Origin: Octopus vulgaris
Taxonomy: Eukaryota
NCBI GenBank assembly: GCA_951406725.2
Contig: OX597836.1
Span: 35,774,001 to 35,838,000 of the forward strand
Reading direction: 5' to 3'
Length of the DNA: 64,000 bases
Made by a program: the position numbers and the translations under genes. Shown piece after piece: positions 14,516-29,323 of this stretch. How positions within the stretch are numbered: position 1 is the first letter of the stretch; each line of letters begins with the position of its first letter. The notes below the pieces were generated by a model that worked only from the letters and a program-made list of their open reading frames with translations, was not told where the DNA came from and made no database searches.

Positions 14516-15351
14516 AAAAATGTTTATAAGCGATGTGCACGCTGAGGTTGATTATACTGTGTATAATTTCTTTCCAAATGTATTAGTGTGTGCTTCGAAA
14601 GAGATTTGGAGATTTATTTATTGTTTCCAGCATTTCGTTATAACCAGATATAAGCAATTATATATTAATTGGAGAGAAGAGAGAACAAACATATGAAATA
14701 ATCTTACGTCAGCTAAAAAGAAAAAATGTCTTGGTGGAAAACCGAAAAAAAAAAACTAAAAACAAAAAAAACAACAAAAAATCTGATAATAATAATTAAA
14801 TAAAAAACAGGAGAAAGTAAAACATCTAAATATCATTCTGCAAAGACATAATTAAATCAGATACAAGAAAAATCTCCGGAGAGGATGCAACAATATTAAC
14901 GGAGTAAACAAAGATCAACATAGAGTATACTGTATGATTCATTTAAGACAATAATTTACATGAATGGAACGACGCATACACATTCATGATGTCGTAAAAT
15001 GTTTCAAGTCATTATTTACATGTTCTTGCTTATTGACTTCTGTGATGTTATTACAGTGCTCTATTATACCTATTGTCTCCTTTACAATATGATATATTTC
15101 ACTGGTTTAAGAGAAGTTTCTTTATTCTTGTTGGAGATAAGTTTATAAAAAAACGAGAAGAAAATAGTATACGTTCTCAAGTTTTCTAATTTCAATAGTA
15201 ATTGTGTCTGGATGTGGAAATATAACTTTGGTGATATTTTTTATTCTAAACAATGAAAAATTTATTTTACTGTACAATTGTTTTTTTTTTTTCAATAGTA
15301 TTGTTAGTAGGGCATTGTATGAATTAAAACACGTTCTCAACATACAAACAT

Positions 15352-16268
<917 letters not shown>

Positions 16269-16319
16269 GAAAATTATAAAAATCAAGAATTAACCGTATA
16301 CCGGTTTCCTTCTATTACC

Positions 16320-16705
16320 TGTGTGGTAAGTAGCTTGCTTACCAACCATATGGTTCAGGTTCAACACCACTGAGTGGCACCTTGAGCAAGCGTCTGCTAC
16401 TATAGCCTCGGGCCGACCAAAGTCTTCTGAGCGGATTTGGTAGGCGAAAACTTAAAGAAACCTGTCGTATATATGTATATGTGTGTGTGTATGCTTGTGT
16501 GTCTGTGTTTGTCCCCCAACTTCGCTTCACAACCGATGCTGGTGTGTTTACATCCCTGTAACTTAGCGGTTCGGCAAAAGAGACCGATAGAATAAGTACT
16601 AGGCTTACAAAGAGTAAGTCCTGGTGTCGATTTGTTCGATTAAAGGCGATGATCTAGCATGGCCACAGTCAAATGACTGAAACAAATAAAAGAGTAAAAG
16701 AATAT
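16320..16705 (+). mobile_element. SINE group B
   Basis: Near full-length match to 60835-61237. Confidence 0.92.
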
Positions 16706-16820
16706 AGGTATACATATATATATATATATTCCTGAGCCTTATACTAATACATCTTTTTTCTTCTGTACACCACCCGTCTTCGTCTTTTGTTTTTTTCCGT
16801 AAACTCTTCCTACATATATG

Positions 16821-16889
<69 letters not shown>

Positions 16890-16898
16890 TTATATATA

Positions 16899-17105
16899 GT
16901 TAAGTTAATACAAACATGAAAACACAGAGAAAAAACACAACAACGCGAGGACGTGGAACAAGTATAGTATTATTGGACGCTCAGGAAAGAAAGAAAGAAG
17001 GAGGGCATAACGTTTCGAGCGGAGCTCTTCGTCAGAAACATAGGAAAATGAAAGATCCAAAGAATGGAAGACGGAGGAAAACAAATCGGCAACGGTACAC
17101 ACGCG
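16899..17105 (-). mobile_element. TA-flanked short element with a minimal hammerhead motif (family H1, copy 2)
   Basis: Minus strand gttt-CTGACGA-a-gagc-tcc-gctc-GAAAC-GTTA at about 17005-17039. Confidence 0.65.
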
Positions 17106-17119
17106 TATATATATATATG

Positions 17120-17160
<41 letters not shown>

Positions 17161-17207
17161 TATATATATATACGTACAGATATATATATATATACGATAC
17201 AGATATG

Positions 17208-17247
<40 letters not shown>

Positions 17248-17559
17248 ATAGATAGGTAGATAAGTGGAGCTATGTATAAACAAAAGAAATGACAGCACTC
17301 TCTGCGTTAAGTACATGGCGTCTATAATATTCCACTATCCTTAGCAGTTAAGTAGATTCTCATCCCTTAAATTTCTCACGTAAAGGAGAAAATACTCCTG
17401 ATCGTTAGCAAGCTTTATTTCTGAGTAGCTAGGTTTGTACACATTAGATATCTGGTATATGAATGCAAATAGAATGAAATGACTCGACACCTACAGAAAA
17501 AGTATTTTACTATATATTCCCATATCACTTCGGAGTCTGTTTTTAAATGAAATGACTTG

Positions 17560-18022
17560 ACGTTTGAATTGAGACACCATTCACCCGGGGTGGGTTGACC
17601 TAGCTTCATTCATCCTCAATGCTGCATCTCTCACAAACGCCGACCAGGCCCGGCGATTTGAGGCTTAACGACCGCGTGACCTCCAGCCACTCCTTTTTCC
17701 AGTGGCGAACGCCGTAGATATGGGGGCCTAGGTTGGATTCCAGATCAGCCTTGACTGTCATCAGCCAGGTTTTTCGTTGTCCACCACATCGCTTTCGACA
17801 ACCCTGAAGGGGAGCTGGGGCAATTGCTTCGTAGATGAATTCTCCTGGTTGACAACGGAGGGCATGACCCAGCCAACGCAGACGTCTCGTTAGGATGACA
17901 TGTCGGAGGGAGATGATTCTGCACTGCTGTCGCACCAAATTGTTGGGGACAAAGTGATGCCATCGGACACGAAGGATGCGGCGTAGACAGAGGTGATCGA
18001 AGGATTCTAGTCGCTTAATATC
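17560..18022 (-). mobile_element. RTE-clade LINE 3' fragment
   Basis: DIKRLESFDHLCLRRILRVRWHHFVPN..RRLRWLGHALR..RKRCGGQRKTW; ORF 17606-17938 is part of it. Confidence 0.88.
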
Positions 18023-19629
18023 TTAATATCAAATCAAACGCGGTGACGATTAAAACATTTTCAATTCTCCCATGTTATCACTCAGCCCATAGAAAAACTT
18101 TCTTTTTGTATCAACCGCATATATTGCATCGATAGAATACTTACCGCTCATTCGTTCCTTAATTATTTGCGGGTATCTTCTTTAGAATCATCGACAAGGG
18201 TGGTGGATATGATGAAGCTTTTCTCCATTTTATTCTTCTTTGTATCTGTATATATGCAGAAAATATATGTCTTGTATAAAACATCTGCTTTCGGTTGAAG
18301 CCTTAGTAATATCCTTCGTGTATTTATAACGTGGAATTAAAGGAATGAATAATTTGTTAGTCACATAACATAACAGAAGGCTTCCAATAACATGTTCGAT
18401 TCAATTACATTTGGTAAACAAATACACGGAAGGTAGTTGTCAAGCAGAATATTCTGTCTTAATCTCTTAGGCACTGGATCAGAATTTGTATTGGTTTTGT
18501 TGTTTAAGATGTTCTTGTCTAATTGAGAACGAAGAAGAAAAGTGATATATTTGTTACAAGGATGCTTGAATCGCTCTTTAAAAAATTATTGAAAGTTGAT
18601 TAAATCTGACATACTCATGTCGCTGTAAGATGATACAAATACCTTACTTTGTAGATGAAAAGAAATTTGCTGATCAAAATATTTGACAAATCATTTCGAT
18701 ACTATAATACAAATAATTCGAAATTTGCTAAGATTTTAGATCTTGTTACTTGTGATAAATAGGAAAGTAATTTAATGAAGATCACTGAAATTAATTTAAT
18801 TACTTTGAGGGAGGTTGGATGTATTGATGTGTGAAGTATAATGAAGATTTTCAACATCAGAAATGTTTTCAATAGTCCTTCTACTCATCATTAACTTGCT
18901 CTTATCGATTCAAGAGACCATATCAGCATCCTATTTGAAAAACCTCTCTAATGATGCGGCTTTGATGCCATCTTCATTAGATTCTATTTGGTCACTAACT
19001 ATGCCACCGGTAACGGCTTTAGGCTAAGATAAAATCATTAACTACATTCAATTATCACGAGAATAACACAAACGATTTTGTGACCTAGCAGTTGTCATTA
19101 GGAACTTAAATCTTTGTTAGTCACTAATAGTTAGCAACTATTTGTAATGGTTTGGACGTTAACGCTATTTTATTGGTATTGCTCACCAGCTGACGATATT
19201 CCATTGCAGCCAGTGTTTAAAGAGACATTTATCCGAGAGAAATATCAATTCATAACATTTGTCGATAGATATAATTAATAACTGTTCCATAATGAACACG
19301 CTCTTCAAGCAGAATTTCAATTATAAAATTAATATAATTACACATAATATTCACGGTAAGGAGAACAGTGCCGTGATGTTTAAATCACATGGAAAATTGT
19401 TCCTTGATAATGCATGTGCTTATGCATCCGTACCATATTTCAGAAGGAGCCAACTGGAAGGAGCGGCTCTAGCTTGTGACAGCTCGACCTACTAAAAACA
19501 GTAGTCAAATTTGGGAAAACGTAGTATTTTTCAATATTTGTCTCGAACTTACGAAAATAATTTACTCAAGTTACATGGAAGCGAGATCGAATACGAAAGG
19601 TAGTCATAAACTGAATGTTAGCAATACAT

Positions 19630-20620
19630 GTTTCTTTATTACCCACAAGGGGTTAAACATAGAGGGGACAAATCTTAAAGACTCCGCCGGTTACGACGAC
19701 GAGGGTCCCAGCTGATACGATCAACGGAATAGCTTGCTCGTGAAATTAACGTGCAAATGGCTGAGCATTCCACAGACACGTGTACCCTTAACGTAGTTCT
19801 CGGAGATAATCAGCGTGACACAGAGAGTGACAAGGCTGACCCTTTGAAATACAAGTACAACTCATTTTTGCCAGCTGAGTGGAACTGGAGCAACGTGAAA
19901 TAAAGTGTCTTGCTCAAGGACACAACGCGTCGCCGGGAATCGAACTCACAACCTTACGATCATGAGCCGAATGCCCTAACAACTAAGCCACGCGCCCTCA
20001 GAGGGGACAAATAAGGACAGACAAAAGGATTAAGTCAATTATATCGACCCCAGTGAGTAACTGGTACTTAATTTATCGACCCCGAAAGGATGAAAGGCGA
20101 AGTCGACCTCGGCGGAATTTGAACTCAGAACGTAACGGCAGAAGAAATACGGCTACGCATTTCGCCCGGCGTGCTAACGATTCTGCCAGCTCGCCGCCTT
20201 TATGAAATACCTATTTCTTTACTACCAACAAGGGGCTAAACATAGAGGGGACAAACAAGGACAGACAAACGGATTAAGTCGATTACATCGACCCCAGTGC
20301 ATAACGGCAACTTATTTAATCGACCTCGAAAGGATGAAAGGCAAAGTCGACCTCGGCAGAATTTGAACTCAGAACGTAGCAGCAGATGAAATACTGCTAA
20401 GCATTTCGCCGGGCGTGCTAACGATTCCGCCAACTCGCCGCCTTGAATGTTAGCAATATAAATAAAGAAATAAATAAGGCGGCGAGCAGGCAAAATTGGT
20501 GGGCTTTCATCATTTTTAGTTTGATAAAGTAAATCCCATTTGAGCACTGGGGTCGATGTAATCGACTAACCACTTACACTTGAATTAATGACCTTTGACC
20601 GACATTTGAAACCAGTATAA
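19630..20620 (-). mobile_element. Cluster of group A SINEs, with a group D SINE (about 19680-19999) nested in the first
   Basis: TSD agaggggacaaat flanks the nested SINE; group A copies at about 20000-20200 and 20210-20443, and a partial + strand copy from 20477. Confidence 0.9.
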
Positions 20621-20849
20621 ATAGAGGAATATAAACTTGTAATCTGTAGTAGCGGCACAATCGTCGACTCGGAATCTGCTAGGTTTATTAAAATAGTGTG
20701 ATTTATATACAAAGGATGATTTGACCGATATTAACGTGAATTATACACTTTGTACTGTTGTATTTGAAAACATGTTGTTGCAGCAATGAAAGGACGAATA
20801 TTGACGTTTCATACTTAACACCTTCAATGAGAAAGAAGAGACAATTCTA

Positions 20850-21276
20850 GGATCTTTTCGGTTTGAACGGCAGTTTTTTCTAGCGGTGTCATATGAAATT
20901 GTCACCCATAATTATGACCCTAGTATCGATCTATTGCATTTCAATCTGTTTTAGGGTTAGGGTTAGTTAGGGTTAAGAGTGGGGGGAAGGGTATCTTTTT
21001 TTCTTCACAAATGTAAATAAACCCAATCTGTTTCTTAAACGAGGGACATATTCATACGGCACAGAATGTTTTTTAACTTAATGGACGTCATTGATTGGTT
21101 GAAATTGCAGAAATTGAAGAAAAAAACAACAAAATATCTTACAAACTATAAAATTTTCTCAATAAAGCAAAGAGAAAAAGATGTTTTATAAACACATTCT
21201 ACCAGTATACAAAGTTTAAAATTTTTTAGTTACCTAGAAATTATGTTAAAAACTGCCGTTCAAACCGAAAAGATCC
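20850..21276 (+). mobile_element. Telomere-repeat MITE
   Basis: Perfect TIRs; exact 8-bp TSD caattcta. Confidence 0.95.
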
Positions 21277-21799
21277 CAATTCTATAGTTTTAATAAAACA
21301 TAACATGTTCGATATTTGATCCTAAAATATCGAAACGTTTCCTTACCTCGTGGTAACCATATTTATTTAAACAATCATTCTCCCTTTTTATACGGACATT
21401 ATCTTGCCCCGTAACTTTGTTCTTAAGCGATTTGGAAATAATTAATTTGGACATTACACTTGCAGTCGAATACAGTTTAATTTACCTTGCCATAACATGG
21501 AAGGCATACGCACGTTACCGGCAGAAATCCTTCCAGTCGGTTTTAACCGATTTCCATTCTGTAGTAGTTTATTGAATTTTGTATAGGTGCTCGGGGATTT
21601 ATGCTCCTAGATATACAATTACGGAAGGTGAAGATATGCGATGAATGTGGCAAAAGTCTATTGGTAGATGAAAGCTAGAAAAACGCCTACAAAAACGTTA
21701 AAAAGAGACAAATTGGTTTAGTTCCTGTCTTGTGTTGGAAATAATTGATTCTCTTTCTCGAAATAAACAAATATTTATTTTGAATCATAGCACTCCAAC

Positions 21800-22189
21800 A
21801 TCATCATTATCAACCTCCTCATTGTCATCGTCATCACCCCCAACCACCACCACCAACACCCCACCATCATGATTATCATCATCATAATCATCATCGTCAT
21901 CATCATCATCATCAGCATCGATGTCGTCGTCGTCTTAATCATCATCATCATCATCATTAAGGTGGCGATTTGGCAGAATTTTTAGAATGCCGGACGAAAA
22001 TGCTTGCCAACTTTTCAACCGTATTTTCGTTCTGAGTTCAAATTCCACTGAGGTTGGCTCACTCTCTCTCTCTCTTCCCTTCATCATTTCGGATGATATG
22101 GTTCGATATAATCAACTAACCCCCTCTCACAAAAGTTTACTGGGGTTCGAAACCTCTATCATCATCATCATCACCATCATCATCATTTT

Positions 22190-22221
<32 letters not shown>

Positions 22222-22366
22222 TTCTTCTTCTTCTTCTTCTTCTTCTTCTTCTTCTTCTTCTTCTTTTCCTTCTTCTTCTTCTTCTTCTTCTTCTTCTTCT
22301 TCTTCTTTTCCTTCTTCTTCTTCTTCTTCTAATTATTGTTATTATTATTATTATCATTATTATTTA

Positions 22367-22404
<38 letters not shown>

Positions 22405-22503
22405 CCGCCACCACCATCATCATCATCATCTTCACCATCCTCCTCCTCCTCCTCATTATTATTATCATCATTATCATCATCATCATCATCATCATCATTA
22501 TTA

Positions 22504-22562
<59 letters not shown>

Positions 22563-22611
22563 TAGTTTTAATGTTATTGCGTGTTTTCACTTCACTACTG
22601 AGCGCAGCTCT

Positions 22612-22672
<61 letters not shown>

Positions 22673-22731
22673 CATTATTATTATTATTATTATTATTATC
22701 ATTATTATTGTTATTATTATTATCATTATTA

Positions 22732-22826
<95 letters not shown>
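21800..22826. repeat. Compound trinucleotide arrays (ATC)n, (CTT)n and (ATT)n, with a decayed SINE A at about 21960-22150
   Basis: Direct reading; the homopolymer ORFs are artefacts. Confidence 0.95.
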
Positions 22827-23220
22827 GACTATGTTATCGCCTATGACGGTCATCGGGCTACTCGCTCCACATGCGTTGCAGGAAATTAGAATCGATTTCG
22901 TCCAGCCGTTCTGTATCTCTAATTAGGTCATAAAATGGAATTTATTGCCTCATAATGAAGACGGTATTGGAAATTATCATTAAAAAGTAAATCGATGGAT
23001 GTTAACTATTTACCGAAGGCGTAAACTAATTAAAACTTATTAAACTTATTCTGTTGTTTGCTTGTAAAATTTCACCATCAAGACAAAAAAAAAATGAGAT
23101 AAACTGGAATGTCGTTTAAAGGGGGTTTGGGTCCACATCAGCGAACATTTGCCTGCCGATGGTTTCTGAAACTAGGTGTTTGCCTGAATTGAATATTCAA
23201 CTTGTTAATGTGTTTGAATG

Positions 23221-23670
23221 GGATCTTTTCGGTTTGAACGGCAGTTTTTTAAATATAATTTCCACGTAACTAAACACTTTTAAACTTCGTATACTGGTAG
23301 AATGTGTTTATAAAACGTCCTTTTCTCTTGACTTTATTGAGAAAATTCTAGAGTTTGTAACATATTTTGTTCTTTTTTTGTTTTCAATTTCTGCAATTAC
23401 AACCAATCACTGACGTCTATTGAGGTAAAAAAAACATTCTGTGCCGTATGGACATGTCCCTCGTTTAAGAAACAGACTGGGTTTATTTACATTTGTGTAG
23501 AAAAAAAGATACCCTTTCCCCACCTCTAACTCTAGCCCTAAACCTAATCCTAATTAACCTTGACCCTAAAACAGATTGAAATGCAATAGATCGATACTAG
23601 GGTCATAATTATGGGTGACAATTTCATATGACACCGCTAGAAAAAACTGCCGTTCAAACCGAAAAGATCC
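23221..23670 (-). mobile_element. Telomere-repeat MITE
   Basis: Perfect TIRs; exact 8-bp TSD tttgaatg. Confidence 0.95.
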
Positions 23671-24094
23671 TTTGAATGAATTACTGACACGTCAGCAGTG
23701 GTTAAGGAATTACAGTAAATCCATATGATTTAACACGTCGTAAACCTAAACGTCTTACAATTAATTTTATGATGTAGCTATTCAGAAACGGCAGATTCTT
23801 TATGGAATTTATTTCACCGCATCAGAGGATCAGAGGGATTGACTTGACCGTAACCTTAAACATGTTTACGTTCCCGTCAGCAATAAATGTTAGGTTGCTG
23901 ATCAATCACGTCACAGTGTAATTAACTTGTCGACACGTAATAAAATTGCTCTCATCCCATTAACCGAGGTCAATTACAAAATGAGCAAAGAGAATGATTA
24001 TGTGTGAAACTATATAAACAAGACAGTTGTTTATGACTATTTAATGTACGTAATTAGGATTTGAAATTTTCACACAAGGACAGTAATTCCGAGA

Positions 24095-24254
24095 AGGGGG
24101 GCAAGTCAATTACATCGACTCCAGTACTCAAATGGTACTTATTTCATCGACCCGGATGGATGGAAAGCAAATTCGGCCTAGGCGTAATTTGAACTCAGAA
24201 TATAAACAGGGGCGAAATGCTTAGCAGCATTTCGCCCGGTATGCCAACCGCCTT
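24095..24254 (-). mobile_element. Degenerate SINE A
   Basis: ttacatcgactccagtac..tttgaactcagaa..gcatttcgcccgg. Confidence 0.75.
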
Positions 24255-24319
24255 ATCGATGTGCATAATATATATTTACTAATACTGATCGCGCTGGTAA
24301 TTGATACATTTATCAAATA

Positions 24320-24692
24320 CTAGCAGTATCGCCCGGCGTTGCTCAGGTTTGTAAGGGAAATAACTATAAAGCATTTTTAGAGAGTTATAGCCAAAAAATA
24401 GAACAAAAATGATGGTAAATTTTTTTTCAGAGTTAAAAAAGGTGGAGTTGCGTCCCCTAGACAGTCTGTGGTTTGGTTTCTGATTCTCGACCCCATGTCG
24501 AATTTATCGATTTTTTTCAGAACTGGGGGAACTTTTCAAAATTTTCGCTGCGTTAGTTTTGAATTATGACATTGGGCTATGTGTGTGTCAAGTTTCATCA
24601 GAATCGGTTGAAAGCCGTGGTCAGGGTGAGGGTACGAGAAAACAGACACACAGAAACACGCACAGACAAACTGCCGTTTATATAGAGAGAGA
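24320..24692 (-). mobile_element. Non-autonomous Helitron-like element
   Basis: ctagcagtatcgcccggcgttgctc is the reverse complement of the 3' hairpin/CTAG end; minus-strand 5' end TC at 24692. Confidence 0.8.
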
Positions 24693-24696
24693 TTGT

Positions 24697-24952
24697 GGAG
24701 GCGCAATGGCCCAGTGATTAGGTTGTAGGATCGGTTTCGATTCCCAGACCGGGCGTTGTGAGTGTTTATTGAGCGAAAACACCAAAAGTTGCACTCTTTC
24801 GCCACCACTTTCTCTCACTCTTTCTTATGTTGATCTGCTCGCTTAGTCAGCGAGGTAGCGTCATTTGAACGCTAAAACAATGCGAAGCACATTGTGATCA
24901 GCAATGTATAGCAACATCTGATAGCCTGTTCGGTCACGGTGATCACCGTGAT
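24697..24952 (+). mobile_element. SINE group C (tail type 3)
   Basis: ggaggcgcaatggcccagtg..; tail gcaacatctgatagcctg..cacggtgatc. Confidence 0.88.
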
Positions 24953-25149
24953 CAAATATTTAATTTCTGCAAAATAGACACTGCCGACACGTAGACACTT
25001 TATGAAAGGAATGTTGGTCATCTCTGTTACTCTGTATATTTGTTGCGTTGCCCTGAACAAGCAAACTTATGATCGAAACCATTTGTTCTCCGGTACAGTA
25101 TCTATTGGACTACAGTCCAGAATGTGCTGAAACAAAAAATATTTTTCGA

Positions 25150-25303
25150 TACTACCCACAAGGCGCTAGACACAGGGGGGACAAACAAGGACAGACAGAC
25201 GGATTAAGACGATTACATCGATTCCCGTGCGTAACTGGTACTTAATTTATCGACCCCGAAAGGATGAAGGGCAAAGTCGACACGGCGGGATTTGAACTCG
25301 GAA
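25150..25303 (-). mobile_element. SINE A, 3' part
   Basis: Matches 2720-2880. Confidence 0.85.
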
Positions 25304-25477
25304 CAATATGCCGAAACAAAATATATTTCAAATGAAAAATAAGGCTGCGACTAGGTAGAATAAAGAAATTTACCGAACCGGAAAAACATACATAGCGGCG
25401 TTTCTTCAAAGTTTACGTTCTGAGTTCAAATGCTGCAGCGGTAGATTTTGGCTCTCATCCTTTCGTAAATTAAGTAA

Positions 25478-25910
25478 CATCATCATCATTATTGTTCGAC
25501 CGTGGTCGAGACAATGGAATTTACTATGCTACGCCAGACTTCACGGTCCATCATAGCATTTGTTGTTTGGTTGGGAGCTGACACTTCTCCATCAGTTGAT
25601 ACCCGTCTGTTAAGATTGAGGGCATAGTCATTTCAAATGGCTAATAATGTGTGCGCGCGCCACTACTACACACATTGGAAAGCATTGTACAACCAAGCAC
25701 TAAAGAAAGTCTTTCCTCCTCCATGAAACAAAGCTGTTCCCGCTGGACGTCAACCTAGTATTTCTAAGCTACTGATTTATTGTAAGGTTATCTCCCTAGA
25801 CAGATTGCCTTCACTACGGCTAAGGAGCCCTTTCTACCCCACTGGCGCAGGTTGTACTGGTTTACAGTTTACCAGTAGTAGGATCCGATGCTGCATACAT
25901 CGGGCCTGAT
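25478..25910 (-). mobile_element. Probable internally deleted RTE-like element (5' UTR-like sequence joined to the extreme 3' end)
   Basis: Minus-strand end AMMDREVWRSIVNSIVSTTVEQ* plus a (GAT)n tail; upstream ccttagccgtagtgaaggcaatctgtctagggaga resembles RTE 5' UTR motifs. Confidence 0.5.
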
Positions 25911-26670
25911 CTGACAAACTGTGCTCTGAGTTCGATGTAATTGGTCAGTCCAATCCTACACAATTTCAGACCGCGTGTCTTTTAATAGGAAGAATAGAAA
26001 GACGAAATGCAGAATATGTGATTGAGGAGGATTCATTCTGCTAGAATCACAGAACAGTAACGATGATTCCTCGAGTTGCCGATAACTCAATTAGAATGAA
26101 GCACGCCTGATTGAAACGATATAAACACGCTTCGAGGACACAAAATGCATTGAAATATTACTAAAATCAGAAGTGAACGCATCGTCCAACATAGCGTGTT
26201 GTTGAATTACAAATGCATTTGTAATCAAGTGTGTTTCTTTGTTTATTTGTGTGTCTATGTGTGTGTTTGTGTTTTCTGTTTTCGTTGCGTATTAGTGCGT
26301 CTGTAGTAAATGGGATTACGAAATGTGCAGACGTGTATAATAATCGCCGCTGTCACGGGCTTTCGATGAAAGCAGGCTGGAAAGTAAGGTAATATAATTA
26401 CCGTTGTAGAAAATTATCAACTCTTCTGTTTATGCAACGAAAGTCTGATTGAAAATCCTAAGTGCTACTGCATAAAATCTAATTGATGCCATGTCACTGC
26501 TGTGTTGGTTGTTATAAACGTAACAATGCTGCTGGAGAGTTGCGTGTCGTGTGAGCTGTCGGCTACCGCAAAGGCCTGGTGGTTGTGGTGGGAATTGATG
26601 AGCGATTTAGTGTGTCTATTTAATGTGTATCGCCCACTCTAATTCTTGATGCACTGCAGTTGCAGATACA

Positions 26671-27116
26671 GGATCTTTTCGGTTTGAACGGCAGTTTTTC
26701 CTAGCGGTGTCATATGAAATTTTCACCCATTATTATGACCCTAGTATCGATCTATTGCATTTCAATCTATTTTAGGGTTAGGGTTAGAGTTAGGGTTAGT
26801 TAGGGTTAGGGTTATGGGTGCTGGAAGGGTATCTTTTTTCTTCACAAATGTAAATAAACCCAATCTGTTTCTTAAACAAGGGACATATTCTTACGGCACC
26901 GAACGTTTTCACCTCAATAAACAGTCATTGATTGGTTGAAATTGCAGAAATTCAAGAAAAAAACCCCAACAAATATCTTACAAACTATAGAATTTTCTCA
27001 ATAAAGCCAAGAAAAAAGGATGTTTTATAAAAACATTCTACTAGTATACGAAGTTAAACATTTTTTAGTTACCTAGAAATTATTTTAAAAAACTGCCGGT
27101 CAAACCGGAAAGATCC
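26671..27116 (+). mobile_element. Telomere-repeat MITE
   Basis: TIRs; TSD cagataca/cagatact; long TTAGGG run at about 26772-26815. Confidence 0.93.
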
Positions 27117-28773
27117 CAGATACTTACTAAGATGGTGAGCTGGCAGTATCGGGGGTCGATAAAATAAGTACCAGTAGAAAACTGGGGCCGATGGAATTTA
27201 GTTGCCCCCCATCGGCAGAAACTGCTGCGCTTGCGCGAAAGCTTCAAACCAATATGGGATCTTACTGAGGCGGCGAGCTAGTGGAATCGTTGGCACGCGA
27301 TGCAAAATATGTAGCGGCTTTTGGTCCGTCTTGAGGTTTTGAGTTCAAATACCACCGAAGACGTCATTGCCTCTCATTATTTCGGGATCGATAGAATAAG
27401 TACCAATTAAATTCTAGGGTCACTGTAATCGATAAGCTCCCACCTCACAAAATTGCTGGCCTTGTGTCAAAACTTGAAGCCAAAACGTAGATGGCGAGCT
27501 ATTAGAATCATTAATACCCCGGGTAAAATGCTTAGTAACATTTCGTCCGTCTTTATGCTCTGATTTCAAATACCATCGATATTAAATTTGCGTTTCATCC
27601 TTTAGAGTTCTGGATTCGATCTCACTGCTCAGATCATTGAGCAAGTGTCTTCTATCAAAGTCTTTATTTTATTAATTCTTTGAGAGTAAAACCAATTAAG
27701 CAAAGACGATACTTGGACTCGCCTCAAGTATGCATGTATGTATACATATACGCAAGAGGGTGTAGGTGACTTTTGTGCTTGAGGATGTGTGCCTGCTTCT
27801 CGGTTTCGGGGGTCGAATGTGCATTGTGCCTCATTTTATACACCTTCATATTATCATTCGTTTCTTTTATTTCATCCTTCGTTTTGTAATTTTAAGTTCT
27901 CCGAGTTTATGTTTGTCACGTTTTGTATTCGTCCCATTCTTTGTGTAGCCCCTTGTGGGTAATAAAGAAATAGCTCAAGGCGGCGAGCTGGCAGAAACGT
28001 TAGCACACCGGGCGAAATGCCTAGGGTTATTTCGTCTGTCTTTACGTTCTGAGTTCAAATTCCGCCGAGCTCGACTTTGCCTTTCATCCTTTCGGGGTCG
28101 ATAAATTAAGTACCAGTTGTGTACTGGAGTCGATCTAATCGACTGGCTCTTTCCCCAGAAAAAATTTCAGGCTTTGTGCCTAGGGTAGAAAAGTATAAAG
28201 AAATAGCTGTGTGACTGCCTCTATCTTTCACCAATGACTAGCAGCTTTTCGTTTCTCTTTACGTTCTCATGTCAAATTCCGCCCATTTGTCCTTTCATCC
28301 TTTCGAGGTCGACTAAATAAATTGCTGTTGAATAGCGGAACCAATGTAATCGGCTAAAACCCTTCCCCAAACATGCTGGCTTTTTACCAAAATTTGAAAA
28401 CAATATTTATCATATCTGAGGAGGCAATCTGGTAGAATCTTTAGTATTCCGGGAAAATTGCTTCGTCTTTCGTCTGTTTTTTACGTTCAGATTTCACATT
28501 CCACCGAGGTCGAAATTTTGCCTTTCATAATTTTGGGCAGCGATAAAACATAAACCAGTTGGGCAATGGGTTTGATGTAATCGATTAGTCGCCGCACACG
28601 AAATTGCTGGCCTTGTGCAAAAATTTGAAATCGATATTCTTCATACCTAAGCTAGCGATCTGGAAGAATATTTAGCATTTCGGAAAAATGGTTAGCAGGC
28701 GTTTGTTCGTCTTTACCCTTTGATTTCCCATTCCATTGAGATCGACTTCTTGCCTTTCATATTTTTTGGTATA

Positions 28774-29068
28774 GAGGCATATGGCCTAGTGGTTAGAGCA
28801 GCGGACTCGCGGTCGAGGGATCGCGGGTTCGAATCTCAGACCGGGCTATGAGTGTATTTATGAGCGAAAAACCTAAAGCTCCACAAGGCTCCGCCAGAAT
28901 GTAATGGCGAACTTCTACTGACTCTTTCGCTACAACTTTCTCTCACTCTTTCCTCCTGCATCTTGCAGCTCACCTGCAACGGACGGGCGTCCCGTCCAGG
29001 TGGGGAACCTATACGCCAAGGAAACCGGGAAACCGGCCCTGTGAGACAGACATGGTTCGAGAAGGAAC
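28774..29068 (+). mobile_element. SINE group C (tail type 2)
   Basis: A-box tggcctagtgg, B-box ggttcgaatc. Confidence 0.9.
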
Positions 29069-29090
29069 GGGGTAACGGTAGAATACGTGT

Positions 29091-29323
29091 GGAGGCGCAA
29101 TGGCCCAGTGGTTAGGGCAGCGGACTCGCGGTCGTAGGATCGCGGTTTCGATTTTCAGACCGGGCATTGTGAGTGTTTATTGAGCGAAAACACCTAAAGC
29201 TGCACGAATCTCCGGCAGGGGTGGCGTCATTTGAAGGCTAAAACAATGTGAAGCGCATTGTGACCAGCGATGTGTAGCAACATCTGATAGCCTGGTCGGT
29301 CACGGTGATCACGGTCACGGTGA
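29091..29323 (+). mobile_element. SINE group C (tail type 3)
   Basis: TSD tagaatacgt on both sides. Confidence 0.9.

Noticed and set aside
18880-19030. Possible coding exon on the minus strand
   Set aside because: Short, has a stop in the best frame and shows no recognisable domain.
26772-26815. Telomere or chromosome-fusion scar
   Set aside because: The TTAGGG tracts are short and lie at the same internal position in six MITE copies.
28774-28845. tRNA gene (also 44168-44235 and 53200-53270)
   Set aside because: A/B boxes are present, but each continues into a multi-copy SINE body and tail, so these are tRNA-derived heads.
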